Part shown: piece by piece, positions 10,312 through 20,153 of the stretch
Numbering within the stretch: position 1 is the first letter of the stretch
How the letters are laid out: the number at the start of each line of letters is the position of its first letter
DNA from: an uncultured Chloroflexia bacterium
GTDB taxonomy: Bacteria > Chloroflexota > Limnocylindria > QHBO01
Direction of reading: 5' to 3'
DNA length: 64,000 bases
NCBI GenBank assembly: GCA_963825525.1
Contig: CAWGTN010000002.1
Span: 960,001 to 1,024,000 of the forward strand
Position numbers and translations under genes: made by a program
The notes under the pieces: model-generated
Database searches by the model: none
What the model saw: the letters and a program-made list of their open reading frames with translations, nothing else
Told to the model about the DNA's origin: nothing

Positions 10312-11404
10312 CCGTCGCATCGCCATCCTGGGCGCTCTCGTCGGGCTCTTTGCCTCGACCTACCTCCTTGTCGATTATGTCTTCGGGTCGGGGATATGCC
10401 TCACCGGGTCGGGCTGCGATGTCGTCCGAGCCAGCTCGCTTGCGTATCCGCTCGGCATCCCGATGCCGCTGTTCGGGGTCGCGTACTTCGTGGTCGCGCT
10501 GGCCCTCGTGCTCACCGACAGGGCGGAAGTGGGCGGCCTCGCACTGCGGCCAGCCATCATCACGTGGAGCCTGATCGGCGTCGCGGTCATGGGCATCCTG
10601 ACGTTCGTCGAGCTCGTCGTTATCGGGGCAGCATGCAGCTGGTGCCTGTTGGCTGCCCTGGCCAGCGTCACCCTCGTCGTTGGTGCATTCCGTATCTGGG
10701 AGGACGGGTCCGGCTCGGACGGCGGTGCTGGCCGGTCGTCCCGTGCGCGACGCCGTCAGTCCGCCGCCGAGGCCGCCACGCGAAGTGGTACCCGCCGATT
10801 CACCGTGGCGTTGACGGCGTCGCTCGCCGCGGCGCTCGCGGTGCTCATCACGGTCCCTCTGCTGGCGGGCACAGGAGCGATCGTGGGCACCGGCATCTCG
10901 GATGCCAGCGCACCCACCCTGGGCACCGGCCGGCACGAGGTCGTGGTCTTCAGTGATTTCCAGTGCCCCGCGTGCGCCGTGGCGGCACCGCTGCTGACGC
11001 AGCTGGCGCAGGAGGAATCGATCCAGCTCGTATACCGCTACTTCCCCCTTACCGCCATCCATGCCAATGCCGCGGCCGCCGCCAGGTCGGCCGAGGCAGC
11101 CGCGGCCCAGGACCGCTTCTGGGACTTCCACGATGCGCTCTTCGACCGGCAGACAAGCTGGGCCGAGCTCAGCGCGCCGGACGCAGACGTGGCCTTCGAA
11201 CAGATCGCATCGGAGATTGGCCTTGACGTCGAACGCTGGCGGTCCGATGCGGCATCTGCCGCGGTGGCCACCGAGGTCGCCGCCGACGAGCGGGCCGCGC
11301 GCGAGATGCAGCTGGCCGGGACCCCGACGATCTTCATCGACGGAGCACGCTACGCCGGTCCCCTTGATTACCTCTCCCTGAGACAGGTCCTCGACGGCGG
11401 CTGA
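10295..11404 (+). CDS. Vitamin K epoxide reductase-DsbA/thioredoxin fusion
   Basis: VKOR: ICLTGSGCDVV, CSWC, TM helices; DsbA: FSDFQCPAC, FWDFHDALF, GTPT. Confidence 0.9.
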   Translation: MPALGDRRIAILGALVGLFASTYLLVDYVFGSGICLTGSGCDVVRASSLAYPLGIPMPLFGVAYFVVALALVLTDRAEVGGLALRPAIITWSLIGVAVMGILTFVELVVIGAACSWCLLAALASVTLVVGAFRIWEDGSGSDGGAGRSSRARRRQSAAEAATRSGTRRFTVALTASLAAALAVLITVPLLAGTGAIVGTGISDASAPTLGTGRHEVVVFSDFQCPACAVAAPLLTQLAQEESIQLVYRYFPLTAIHANAAAAARSAEAAAAQDRFWDFHDALFDRQTSWAELSAPDADVAFEQIASEIGLDVERWRSDAASAAVATEVAADERAAREMQLAGTPTIFIDGARYAGPLDYLSLRQVLDGG

Positions 11405-11491
11405 TCGCCGTTGCGGCCAGGAGCCATTCGGCTCCCAAAAACAGGTCAGCTGGGAATGGTCCCAGCGCCCGCAGCCGGACAGGATGACGAT

Positions 11492-12037
11492 ATGGAACAG
11501 GCAGTCCGTCCACCGCTTTCGCAGGGATCTGGCGTTCTCGTCAGCGTGGCGTCGAAGCACGGCGCCACCCGCGAGATCGCCAATGCGATCGCCGATGAGC
11601 TGCGTCGGGCCGGCATGAACGTCAACGTCGACGAGCCCGATGCCGTCGAATCGATCGCGCCCTACGCGGCCGTCGTACTGGGCAGTGCCGTCTACGCAGG
11701 CCGTTGGCTCGCATCGGCCCGGCGTTTCGCCGATCGGCACCAGGCCGAGCTGCGACAGCGCAACGTCTGGCTCTTCTCGAGCGGCCCGGTGGGAACCCCC
11801 CTCGCACCAACGGAAGTGACGGGGGACGGCAGCCGCCTCCTTGCACGGCTCGAGGCGCGAGATCACCAGACGTTCGCGGGGCGGGTGGACGCGGTCGAGC
11901 TGAGCTGGGTCGAGCGCACCATCACGCACATGATCAGCGCGCCCGATGGTGACTTCCGCGACTGGGCGGTCATCCGTGACTGGGCAAGCGGCATCGCTCG
12001 TGAAGTGAGCAGCACCATCGAGCCGAGAGGAGCCTGA
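11492..12037 (+). CDS. Flavodoxin-domain protein (HemG-like)
   Basis: ASKHGATREIA, VLGSAVYAGRW, WLFSSGP, GDFRDW. Confidence 0.85.
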   Translation: MEQAVRPPLSQGSGVLVSVASKHGATREIANAIADELRRAGMNVNVDEPDAVESIAPYAAVVLGSAVYAGRWLASARRFADRHQAELRQRNVWLFSSGPVGTPLAPTEVTGDGSRLLARLEARDHQTFAGRVDAVELSWVERTITHMISAPDGDFRDWAVIRDWASGIAREVSSTIEPRGA

Positions 12038-12039
12038 AC

Positions 12040-12258
12040 ATGTCGGGCCGACTCCATCAAGAGACCCATCGCCGAACGCGCGGTTCGAGGTCATGGATCC
12101 AATGCCGAGGCGACATCCGCGACTCGGGCAATGGGTTCGTCGACTGCCCGCTCCAGGGGACCATCAACGCAGCCGAGTGCCTCGACTGTCACTATCTCGA
12201 AACGCTTTCCGACGAGCGCAGCCGGCGGGTGAGCTGTCAGCTCCCGGACGACACCTGA
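12040..12258 (+). CDS. Small Cys-rich hypothetical protein (72 aa)
   Basis: AGGAG RBS; C-x11-CP-x8-CxxC..C pattern. Confidence 0.6.
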   Translation: MSGRLHQETHRRTRGSRSWIQCRGDIRDSGNGFVDCPLQGTINAAECLDCHYLETLSDERSRRVSCQLPDDT

Positions 12259-12301
12259 CCTTCGCCTGAGCCAGGGTGAGGAAGTCGGGCCGCGGGCTCG
12301 A

Positions 12302-13864
12302 TCATCCCTCGACGATGATCATCGCCCGCATCCACGGATGCGGGAGGCAGTAGTACTCGTACTCGCCCGGGGCGTCAAACGTGAACGAGAAGGTGTCGCC
12401 AGGGTCGAGGAAGCCGGAGTCGAACGACCCGTCGACGTCGGTCACGGTGTGGAGCATGTCGGGATCATCATTCATCCACGTTACCGTCGTCCCCACCGGG
12501 ATTCGAAGGACGTTCACGCTGTAGTCGCCCGGCGATTCGGCGTCGGCGAATTCATCCGCGGCACCATCGGGCTGGAACGTCCCGCTTCCCGGCAGGATGC
12601 TGACCGACTCAACGGCACCCGACGCGGTGCCTGATGCCGATGGCTCCGGCGAGCTGGATGCGTCGGGCGCGGGCGTACCTCCGGGCTCGGCAGCGCCGAG
12701 AGCTTCGAAGATCTCGGGGTTCGCGTCGCCCTCGATCACGATCTGGCCGATGGCGCCCTTGTCGAACGCGCGCGCCAGTGCATGGTCCACCAGGACCACG
12801 GTCTGCGGCACCTGGGCGATGAGGTCCACCACCACACCACCGCCGGCCGGGACCAGTGTGGTCTGCGACCCTCGAATCGGCGCATTCAGGAGGGCACCCT
12901 CGGGGTACACCGCATCCCAGTGCGAGCCGATCGGGTGGAAGTTTGAATCGAGGTTGAGGCCGGCGTTGACGAAGTAGATACGCATCGCCTCGCCGACCTG
13001 CATTCGCGGCGCGTTGTCGCCCGTCAGGGAGCCCACCGCCCCGTTGAAGACGACGAACTCGGGATGCTCGTCAGTGATTGCGGCCCGGTCGGTCTCGACG
13101 GTGCCAGCCTCATCGCTCGTGGTGTAGTACTCGGACTGGACCATGTAGAGCTCGTGCTCGACTTCGGGAAGTGGCTCTGCTGGATCCACCAGAATGCCGC
13201 CGTACATGCCCTGCGCGATGTGGACCGGCACGTCGCCGTAGGCGCAGTGGTACATGAAAATCCCCGGATACAGGAGCCGCGCCTCGATCGCCACCGTCTC
13301 ACCTGGTGCGACCGTCGTGTCGGCGGCTCCCCCTCCCTGCCCCGTCACGGCATGGAAGTCGACGTTGTGCGGGTGCATGTTGTTCGCCAGATTGGTGATC
13401 GTGAAGCGCAGGACATCACCGACCCGGGCCCGCACCATCGGCCCCGGCGTGCCGGTCTCGACGTCCTCACCGCCATTGATCCGATAGCCCCATGTCTCGT
13501 ACTCGACTCCGGTCGCGGGATCGATCGACTGCATCCCTTCCACGATGTCGAAGTGCACCTCCACGATGGCCTGAGAGGTCCGTCCAGACGCCGGAGGGAC
13601 GTCCGGCGCCACCGACACGTTGACCTCCGACTCCGGTGCCGGCGGCAGTTCGGCCTTCGGGGTGAGTTCGGGGATCACCGAGCCGACCAGGTCGGCACCG
13701 GGGCCGGCACTTGCTGCCGGTGACTCAGCGCCTGACGTCCCTGGTTCCCCGGCCACGGCTGGATCGCCGCCGAGGGCGATCGCGGCCAGCAGCAACGGGG
13801 TCGCAAACAGGGCCGCCCCGCCACAGAAGGCAAGGAACAGGACCAGTGGTCGGGGAAGGCTCAC
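12302..13864 (-). CDS. nirK: Copper-containing nitrite reductase with C-terminal cupredoxin domain
   Basis: N-terminal signal/TM; PHNVDFHA, YHCAYGDVPVHIAQGM, NFHPIG, LVDHA; C-terminal HTVT...YYCLPHPWM type-1 Cu site. Confidence 0.9.
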   Translation of the reverse strand: MSLPRPLVLFLAFCGGAALFATPLLLAAIALGGDPAVAGEPGTSGAESPAASAGPGADLVGSVIPELTPKAELPPAPESEVNVSVAPDVPPASGRTSQAIVEVHFDIVEGMQSIDPATGVEYETWGYRINGGEDVETGTPGPMVRARVGDVLRFTITNLANNMHPHNVDFHAVTGQGGGAADTTVAPGETVAIEARLLYPGIFMYHCAYGDVPVHIAQGMYGGILVDPAEPLPEVEHELYMVQSEYYTTSDEAGTVETDRAAITDEHPEFVVFNGAVGSLTGDNAPRMQVGEAMRIYFVNAGLNLDSNFHPIGSHWDAVYPEGALLNAPIRGSQTTLVPAGGGVVVDLIAQVPQTVVLVDHALARAFDKGAIGQIVIEGDANPEIFEALGAAEPGGTPAPDASSSPEPSASGTASGAVESVSILPGSGTFQPDGAADEFADAESPGDYSVNVLRIPVGTTVTWMNDDPDMLHTVTDVDGSFDSGFLDPGDTFSFTFDAPGEYEYYCLPHPWMRAMIIVEG

Positions 13865-14030
13865 GTCTCGGGCACCTCTTGATTGCGTGGAGATGCGTCC
13901 GGCGCGTGTCAGCGCCGAACGTCATCTGCGAGCATCGTCCGGCGTCCAGTGTCCGGCGGACAGTGCCGTGCGTCCCGTGCACACCGTGCCGAACGGCATT
14001 GGGACTGGGCGCGTTACAGAACGCGCCCAG

Positions 14031-14390
14031 TCATCGACCGATGCGCCCCAGGTGCGTGTCGCGAAAGTCGGTGGGTAGCTTGAGACCGTATCCAAGGGAT
14101 CGGTCCATCCCGACGTGGGCGATGAGGATTGCGCCGGCGAGGGCGACCGGCGCGAGCGCCACGAACCAGCCGATCGCCAGCACCACCAGCGCGGTCGCGA
14201 GATTGTGGGCGAGGTTGTAGGTCACGGCGCCCGACCGCGGTCCCCGCACGTAGCCGATCATCGAGAGGTCCGGCACCAGCAGCAAGGGGAGGAGCCACAG
14301 CGGATGACCATTCAGCTGGAGGTAGAGCAGCACGCCGGCGACGAAGAGGGCGATCGCCTCGACCCTCAGGACCACGTCCGCCGTGCGCAT
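14031..14390 (-). CDS. DUF4260-like membrane protein
   Basis: LLVPDLSMIGY...YNLAH...AHVGMDRSLGYGLK...FRDTHLG. Confidence 0.85.
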   Translation of the reverse strand: MRTADVVLRVEAIALFVAGVLLYLQLNGHPLWLLPLLLVPDLSMIGYVRGPRSGAVTYNLAHNLATALVVLAIGWFVALAPVALAGAILIAHVGMDRSLGYGLKLPTDFRDTHLGRIGR

Positions 14391-14397
14391 CAGCCGA

Positions 14398-14580
14398 TCA
14401 GCCTGATTCGGCGTGGCGACCGTCATCCACGTGGTCGGTGCGCTCCGGCTCACCTTGCTCGGTCGCGTGCGGATCGTCGAGTCGGCCTCGTACGTGCTCG
14501 TCGTGACGCAGACGCTGGCCCTTGTCGGGGATCCACCGTCGCTCGAGACGCGCAACGCGCCTGCGCAGCCAATTGATCAT
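14398..14580 (-). CDS. Small hypothetical protein (60 aa)
   Basis: GGAGG RBS before MINWLRRRVARLERRW; fills gap between glgA and DUF4260. Confidence 0.45.
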   Translation of the reverse strand: MINWLRRRVARLERRWIPDKGQRLRHDEHVRGRLDDPHATEQGEPERTDHVDDGRHAESG

Positions 14581-14696
14581 CTTCCGGCCTCCGGCCTGAC
14601 GGAAATCGATGCCGGGTAGCCGGCGTATGACCTCCACAGAGTAGGGCGCTTCGGCAGGCGGCGTGGCCACTCCCGGCGTCGGCCATCAGCGCCGCC

Positions 14697-15899
14697 CTAT
14701 TCGATGAGCGTCCGGTACAGGTCCGCGGTCTGGCGCGCAATGGCATCCCAGCTGAAGTGCTCGACCGCCCGTCGACGGCCCGCACGGCCCATCACCTCCC
14801 GCGTCCCGGCATCGGCCATCAGCGCGTTGATCGCGCCGGCCAGGTTGCGCTCAAACCGATCGGGGTCCTCGGGAAGCATCGGATCGTCGATGGACAGGGG
14901 GACCGGCACCAAGAGCCCCGTCTCGCCGTCCACCACGACCTCCGGAATGCCGCCCACGGCGGACGCGACAACCGGGGTCTCGCACGCCGCCGCCTCGAGG
15001 TTGATGATGCCGAACGGCTCGTAGACCGACGGGCAGCAGAACACGGCAGCGTGGCTGTACAGCTGGCGGACGTCGGTTCGACTGACCATCTCGCCGATCC
15101 AGACCACGTTGTCGCGCTCGGCCTGCGCCGCGCGCACGCCCTCTTCCATCTCGCGGCCGATCTCCGGCGTGTCCGGCTGCCCGGCGCACAGCACGACGCC
15201 GATGCCCGGGTCGAGATGCTGGATGGCCCGAACGAGATGGACGATCCCCTTCTGCCGCGTGATGCGGCCCACGAACAGCACGTAGGGCACGGTCGGGTCG
15301 ACGCCGTGGCGCTCGAGGGCGTCCGTCGCCTCATCGGGCCGGTAGAAGTCCGGATCGATCCCGTTGTGAATCACGTGGATCCGCTCGGGCGCGATGTCGA
15401 ACAGCCGAAGGACGTCCTGTCGCGTGCCCTCGCTGACGGCGATGACCGCGTCCGCCGACTCGAGCGTCGTCCGCTCGATCCAGGAGCTCACGTCATACCC
15501 CCCGCCCAGCTGCTCCCGCTTCCAGGGTCGAAGCGGCTCGAGTGAGTGGACGGTCACGACGAGCGGGATCCCGTACGCCAGCCGCGTCAGCAGGCCGGCA
15601 AGATGGGTGTACCAGGTGTGGGCGTGGACGATGTCCGCCCCGACCGGATCGGCGACCATCGCGAGATCGCGCGACAGGGCGGACAGCATCGGCCTGAGAC
15701 GCTCGTCGGTGGTGGCCAGGTCGTGGACCGCTGGGTAGCCCTGGACGCGCCATCCGGCTTCAGCCTGGGCCTGGTCCCCGAAGGTTCGAACATCGAGCTC
15801 GATGAGCGTGCGCAGGTGTCGCGTCAGCTCGTCGACATGGACGCCCGCGCCGCCATAGATCGTCGGCGGAAACTCGTTGGTCAGGATCAGGGCGCGCAC
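14697..15899 (-). CDS. glgA: Glycogen synthase / maltose-1-phosphate synthase (GT4, actinobacterial GlgA/GlgM type)
   Basis: EFPPTIYGGAGVHV, HAHTWY, HSLEPLRPWKREQLGGGY, GRITRQKG, YEPFGIINLEA. Confidence 0.92.
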   Translation of the reverse strand: MRALILTNEFPPTIYGGAGVHVDELTRHLRTLIELDVRTFGDQAQAEAGWRVQGYPAVHDLATTDERLRPMLSALSRDLAMVADPVGADIVHAHTWYTHLAGLLTRLAYGIPLVVTVHSLEPLRPWKREQLGGGYDVSSWIERTTLESADAVIAVSEGTRQDVLRLFDIAPERIHVIHNGIDPDFYRPDEATDALERHGVDPTVPYVLFVGRITRQKGIVHLVRAIQHLDPGIGVVLCAGQPDTPEIGREMEEGVRAAQAERDNVVWIGEMVSRTDVRQLYSHAAVFCCPSVYEPFGIINLEAAACETPVVASAVGGIPEVVVDGETGLLVPVPLSIDDPMLPEDPDRFERNLAGAINALMADAGTREVMGRAGRRRAVEHFSWDAIARQTADLYRTLIE

Positions 15900-15908
15900 G
15901 CGCCCAGC

Positions 15909-16367
15909 CTACCCTGCCCGCTCCCGGGCGACGCCGTCGGAACGGCGGTGCGCGCGTTCCGCGGTGGCGGCCAGGAACGCGTCGATCTGGGCCAGGTCAA
16001 ACGGCTTGGCGACGACCGGCACCCACGCGCCGATCTCGGCCCGCCGAACGTGGTGTGCTGCCGTGCAGACCAGCAGCGGCAGGTCGGCCGTCCGCGGGTG
16101 GGTGCGCAGCTCGCGGACGAAGTCACCGCCGCGGCCATCCGGCAGATCATCATCCAGGATGAGCAGCGTCGGCACCGCCTGCTCAAGGGTCGACCGCAAC
16201 TGGTCCAGGCGCGAGAAGCCGTGAGCCTCCCAGCCGGCGTCGCGAGCCACCTCGCACAGCAGGTCTCGGGTGGCCGGATGATCATCCACCACGTACACGC
16301 CCGGTGCCTCTCGAACCCCGTGGCGCTGGTCGGCCTCGACGGCCGGCTGTTCGTCCCCCGGTGACAT
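15909..16367 (-). CDS. Single-domain response regulator
   Basis: YVVDDH, LILDDDLPDGRG, VCTAA, VAKPFD. Confidence 0.85.
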   Translation of the reverse strand: MSPGDEQPAVEADQRHGVREAPGVYVVDDHPATRDLLCEVARDAGWEAHGFSRLDQLRSTLEQAVPTLLILDDDLPDGRGGDFVRELRTHPRTADLPLLVCTAAHHVRRAEIGAWVPVVAKPFDLAQIDAFLAATAERAHRRSDGVARERAG

Positions 16368-16428
16368 ACGTTCCATCCGTGCTTGCTCTACGTTCGTCGA
16401 ACAACTGCAAGGGATATGCCCAGCCCAC

Positions 16429-16456
16429 TTGCCGATATACTCCCCTCTAGTATCAT
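16429..16456 (+). promoter_or_regulatory. Sigma70-type promoter of copA overlapping a CsoR-like operator
   Basis: -35 TTGCCG (16429-34), -10 TATCAT (16451-56); inverted repeat ATACT-CCCCTCT-AGTAT (16437-16453). Confidence 0.65.
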
Positions 16457-16462
16457 GGACGC

Positions 16463-18742
16463 ATGACATCCGCGACTCCGACCGTTCCCGCCCCCGCGCA
16501 TTCCGAGCCCGACGAGATCAGCCTGCCGGTGGTGGGCATGACGTGCGCGAGCTGCGTCAACCGGATCGAGCGACACCTCAATCGGGCTGATGGCGTGGCC
16601 CAGGCGACGGTCAACCTGGCCACCGAGAGGGCCACGGTTCGGTTCGACCCGGCCGTGATCGATCGGTCGCGAATCGTGGCGACCATCGAGTCGGCCGGCT
16701 ACGAGGTCGGGCGCGAGGCGAGTGGCAGCGACACGAGCAGCGACGTGGCGGAAGCGGCCGATGAGGCCGAACGTGCGGGCGAGCGACGCGAGCTGCTGAC
16801 GGGTGCGGTGGTCTCGGTCTCGGTTGGGCTGGCGATGATGGCCGTCATGTTCTGGCCCGGCGGCACGCCGTGGCCGATGATCGACATCAATCGCTGGTTC
16901 CTCATCCCCGCCACGATCGTCCAGTTCGTGTACGGCAGGCGCTTCCTGGTGGCCGCACTGCGCGGGGCTCGTCATCTCGAGGCGAACATGAACACGCTGG
17001 TCGCCATGGGCACCCTGGCGGCATATGGCTACTCGGTGTTCATCACCCTGCTTCCGAACATCGTCATGGAGTCCGGGCTCGGGCATGAGACGTACTTCGA
17101 CTCGGCGGCATTGATCATCGGCCTCATCCTGTTCGGTCGCTGGCTCGAGGCCCGCGCCAAGGGCCAGGCGGCAGGTGCGGTCAAGGCGCTCCTCAAGCTG
17201 CGCCCCGACACCGCCCGCGTGCTGCGTGAGGGGGGCGAGCGCGAAGTCCCGATCGACCAGGTCGTCGTCGGTGACCTCGTCCGGGTCCGGCCCGGCGACC
17301 GAGTCCCGGTCGATGGGGTGCTGATCGACGGCGCCTCGGCGGTGGACGAGTCGATGCTCACCGGCGAATCGCTGCCCGTCGAGAAGCGCGTCGGGGACAG
17401 GGCCATCGGGGCGACGATCAACTCGAGTGGCTCCTTCGTGATGCGGGCGGAGCGCATCGGACGCGACACGACGCTGGCCCAGATCGTGACCCTCGTCGAG
17501 CGGGCTCAGGGCTCGAAGGCGCCGATCCAGCGCGTTGCCGACCGCGTGACCGGCTGGTTCGTGCCCGCGGTCATCGTCATCGCGGCGCTGACGTTCGCCG
17601 GCTGGCTGGTCATCGGCCCCGAGCCGAAGCTCACCTACGCGCTGACGAGCGCGATCGCGGTCCTCATCATCGCCTGCCCGTGCGCGATGGGCCTCGCGAC
17701 ACCGACCGCGATCATGGTCGGCACCGGCAAGGGTGCCGAGAACGGCATCCTCATCCGCGACGGTGCGGCGCTCGAGCACGCGCAGCGCATCACGACCGTG
17801 GTCCTCGACAAGACCGGCACCATCACGCGCGGCGAGCCTGCCGTAACGGTCGTCCGTCCGATCCCCGGCGTGGATGAGGATGAGCTGCTCCGCATCACCG
17901 CAACCCTCGAGCGCGGGAGCGAGCACCCCCTGGCGGAGGCGATCGTCCGTCACGCAACGGCGAGCGAGATTCCGATCGGTGAGGCGGCGGACTTCGAGTC
18001 CGTCGCCGGGCGCGGCGTGCGCGGCACGATCGACGCCCAGGCCGTGCTGGCCGGTACCCCCGCATTCCTCACCGATGCCGGCATCACGCTTCCGGACGCC
18101 GACGCCATTGACATCGGCGACGCCTCGGGCGTGTTCGTTGCGCGGGACGGCAGGTACATCGGCGCCATCGGCCTCGCCGATACGGTCAAGCCAGCATCCG
18201 CGGCGGCAATCGAACGGCTGCAGCGAGCGGGCCTGGACGTGTGGATGATCAGTGGGGACCGACGAGCGACCGCCAATGCCATCGGCGCCGAGGTCGGCAT
18301 CCCGGCCGATCGCATCCTCGCCGAGGTGATGCCGGGCGACAAGGCGGCACGCGTCGAGGAGCTGCAGCAGGCCGGGGGGGTCGTGGCCATGGTCGGCGAC
18401 GGCGTGAACGATGCGCCCGCACTGGCACAGGCCGATCTCGGAATCGCCATCGGCACCGGGGCGGATGTCGCCCTCGAGGCATCCGACATCACCCTGGTCG
18501 GCGACGACCTCGGGGGCGTGCCCACGGCGGTCCGGCTGTCGCGCGCCACCATGCGCACGATCCGCCAGAACCTCGGCTGGGCCTTCGGCTACAACATCCT
18601 TCTCATCCCGGTTGCGGCCGGCCTCCTCTTCCCGCTGGCAGGGGTCCTGCTGAATCCGGCCCTGGCGGCTGGCGCCATGGCGCTCTCGAGCGTCAGCGTG
18701 GTCACTAACTCCCTGCGACTGCGGGCCTTCCGCGCAGCCTGA
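16463..18742 (+). CDS. copA: Copper-translocating P1B-type ATPase
   Basis: [35 protein letters not shown] and MALSS Cu(I) signatures. Confidence 0.96.
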   Translation: MTSATPTVPAPAHSEPDEISLPVVGMTCASCVNRIERHLNRADGVAQATVNLATERATVRFDPAVIDRSRIVATIESAGYEVGREASGSDTSSDVAEAADEAERAGERRELLTGAVVSVSVGLAMMAVMFWPGGTPWPMIDINRWFLIPATIVQFVYGRRFLVAALRGARHLEANMNTLVAMGTLAAYGYSVFITLLPNIVMESGLGHETYFDSAALIIGLILFGRWLEARAKGQAAGAVKALLKLRPDTARVLREGGEREVPIDQVVVGDLVRVRPGDRVPVDGVLIDGASAVDESMLTGESLPVEKRVGDRAIGATINSSGSFVMRAERIGRDTTLAQIVTLVERAQGSKAPIQRVADRVTGWFVPAVIVIAALTFAGWLVIGPEPKLTYALTSAIAVLIIACPCAMGLATPTAIMVGTGKGAENGILIRDGAALEHAQRITTVVLDKTGTITRGEPAVTVVRPIPGVDEDELLRITATLERGSEHPLAEAIVRHATASEIPIGEAADFESVAGRGVRGTIDAQAVLAGTPAFLTDAGITLPDADAIDIGDASGVFVARDGRYIGAIGLADTVKPASAAAIERLQRAGLDVWMISGDRRATANAIGAEVGIPADRILAEVMPGDKAARVEELQQAGGVVAMVGDGVNDAPALAQADLGIAIGTGADVALEASDITLVGDDLGGVPTAVRLSRATMRTIRQNLGWAFGYNILLIPVAAGLLFPLAGVLLNPALAAGAMALSSVSVVTNSLRLRAFRAA

Positions 18743-18773
18743 ACCCCACAACCCGTCAACGGAGACGCATGCA

Positions 18774-18968
18774 ATGAACGAGCTCGAAATGGCGATGGCC
18801 AAGGACCCGGTGTGCGGCATGGATGTCAACCGCGAGATTGCGTCGGCCCAGGGCCTGACCGCTGAGCACGAGGGCGAGACGTACTACTTCTGCGGCAAGG
18901 GCTGCAAGCTCGACTTCGACGAGGGACCGGCGAAGTTCTTCGACCCGTCGTACCAACCGCACATGTAA
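18774..18968 (+). CDS. YHS domain protein
   Basis: KDPVCGMDV...GETYYFCGKGCK. Confidence 0.9.
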   Translation: MNELEMAMAKDPVCGMDVNREIASAQGLTAEHEGETYYFCGKGCKLDFDEGPAKFFDPSYQPHM

Positions 18969-19217
18969 CCCTGGGCACGGCGAGGTCGGGGGCGTCGCGC
19001 TTGCCGGTTTCCGCCACATTCATGCCCGGTGCGCATGGGTGAGTGGATACGGGTCGATTCCCGCCATCCTGCAGGTTGAGACGCGCATCTGACGACCATC
19101 CGGCTGTGCTGGCCCACGGATGTGCACCCCGCATGAATCTGGCGACGACTGCCTCCGCTCGCCGGACCGACCGCGCGGGCCGTCTCGCTGCCGACCATCC
19201 CCGTACACTGACGCGGC

Positions 19218-20153
19218 ATGCCCCTCATCAGCACCCGGGCGCTGACGAAGCGCTATCCCGGCGTCACCGCGCTCGACGGCCTTAATCTCGAGCTGGAACC
19301 GGGAATCATCGGCCTCGTCGGAGCCAACGGCGCCGGCAAGAGCACGCTGATCAAGATCCTCCTCGGCCTGCTCGATCCCACCGAGGGTGACGCCCGCGTC
19401 CTCGACCTCGATACCGCCACGCAGGGCGCGCGGATTCGCGAGCTCGTCGGCTACATGCCGGAGCACGACAGCCTGCCGCCCGATGTCTCCGCCACCGAGT
19501 TCGTCTCTCACATGGCCCGCGTCTCGGGCCTCCCGATCGGCGCGGCACGCGAGCGAACCGCCGATGTCCTGCGCCATGTGGGCCTGTACGAGGAGCGCTA
19601 CCGGCCGATCGGCGGCTACTCGACCGGCATGAAGCAACGGGTCAAACTGGCCCAGGCGCTCGTCCACGACCCCCGGCTCCTCTTCCTGGACGAGCCGACC
19701 AACGGGCTCGATCCCGCCGGCCGTGACGACATGCTGGCGCTCATCGAGCGCATCGGGCGCGAGTTCGGGATCGCCGTGATCGTCGCCAGCCACCTGCTGG
19801 GCGAGATCGAGCGCGTCGCCACCTGGCTGGTGGCCATCGACGCGGGCCGTCTCCTGCGGACCGCCCCGCTTGAGTCGTTCACCGGACAGACCGGCCAGCT
19901 GCTCGTCGAGACGGAGGAACCCGCCGACGGTCTCGCGCAGCGGCTCGCGACGCGCGGCTACACCGTGCGAGCCGACGGCCGGACGCTGCTGGTCGACCTC
20001 GCGGGAGCCGAGGCCGACGCCCTGGCTCGAATCTACGACGCCGTCCGAGACGAAGCCGTCGACGGAGGTCTGGCGCTCATCCGGATCGAAGCCGGACGCC
20101 ATCAGCTCGAGGACCTGTTCCGGGATGGAGGAGCCGATGACCGCGTCGCCTGA
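19218..20153 (+). CDS. ABC transporter ATP-binding protein
   Basis: GANGAGKST, YSTGMKQR, FLDEPT. Confidence 0.95.
   Translation: MPLISTRALTKRYPGVTALDGLNLELEPGIIGLVGANGAGKSTLIKILLGLLDPTEGDARVLDLDTATQGARIRELVGYMPEHDSLPPDVSATEFVSHMARVSGLPIGAARERTADVLRHVGLYEERYRPIGGYSTGMKQRVKLAQALVHDPRLLFLDEPTNGLDPAGRDDMLALIERIGREFGIAVIVASHLLGEIERVATWLVAIDAGRLLRTAPLESFTGQTGQLLVETEEPADGLAQRLATRGYTVRADGRTLLVDLAGAEADALARIYDAVRDEAVDGGLALIRIEAGRHQLEDLFRDGGADDRVA

Noticed and set aside
16388-18829. Long antisense ORFs (813 aa here; also 10187-12094, 45532-47112, 49328-50902, 57645-59054)
   Set aside because: Shadow ORFs opposite well-supported genes, expected in high-GC DNA
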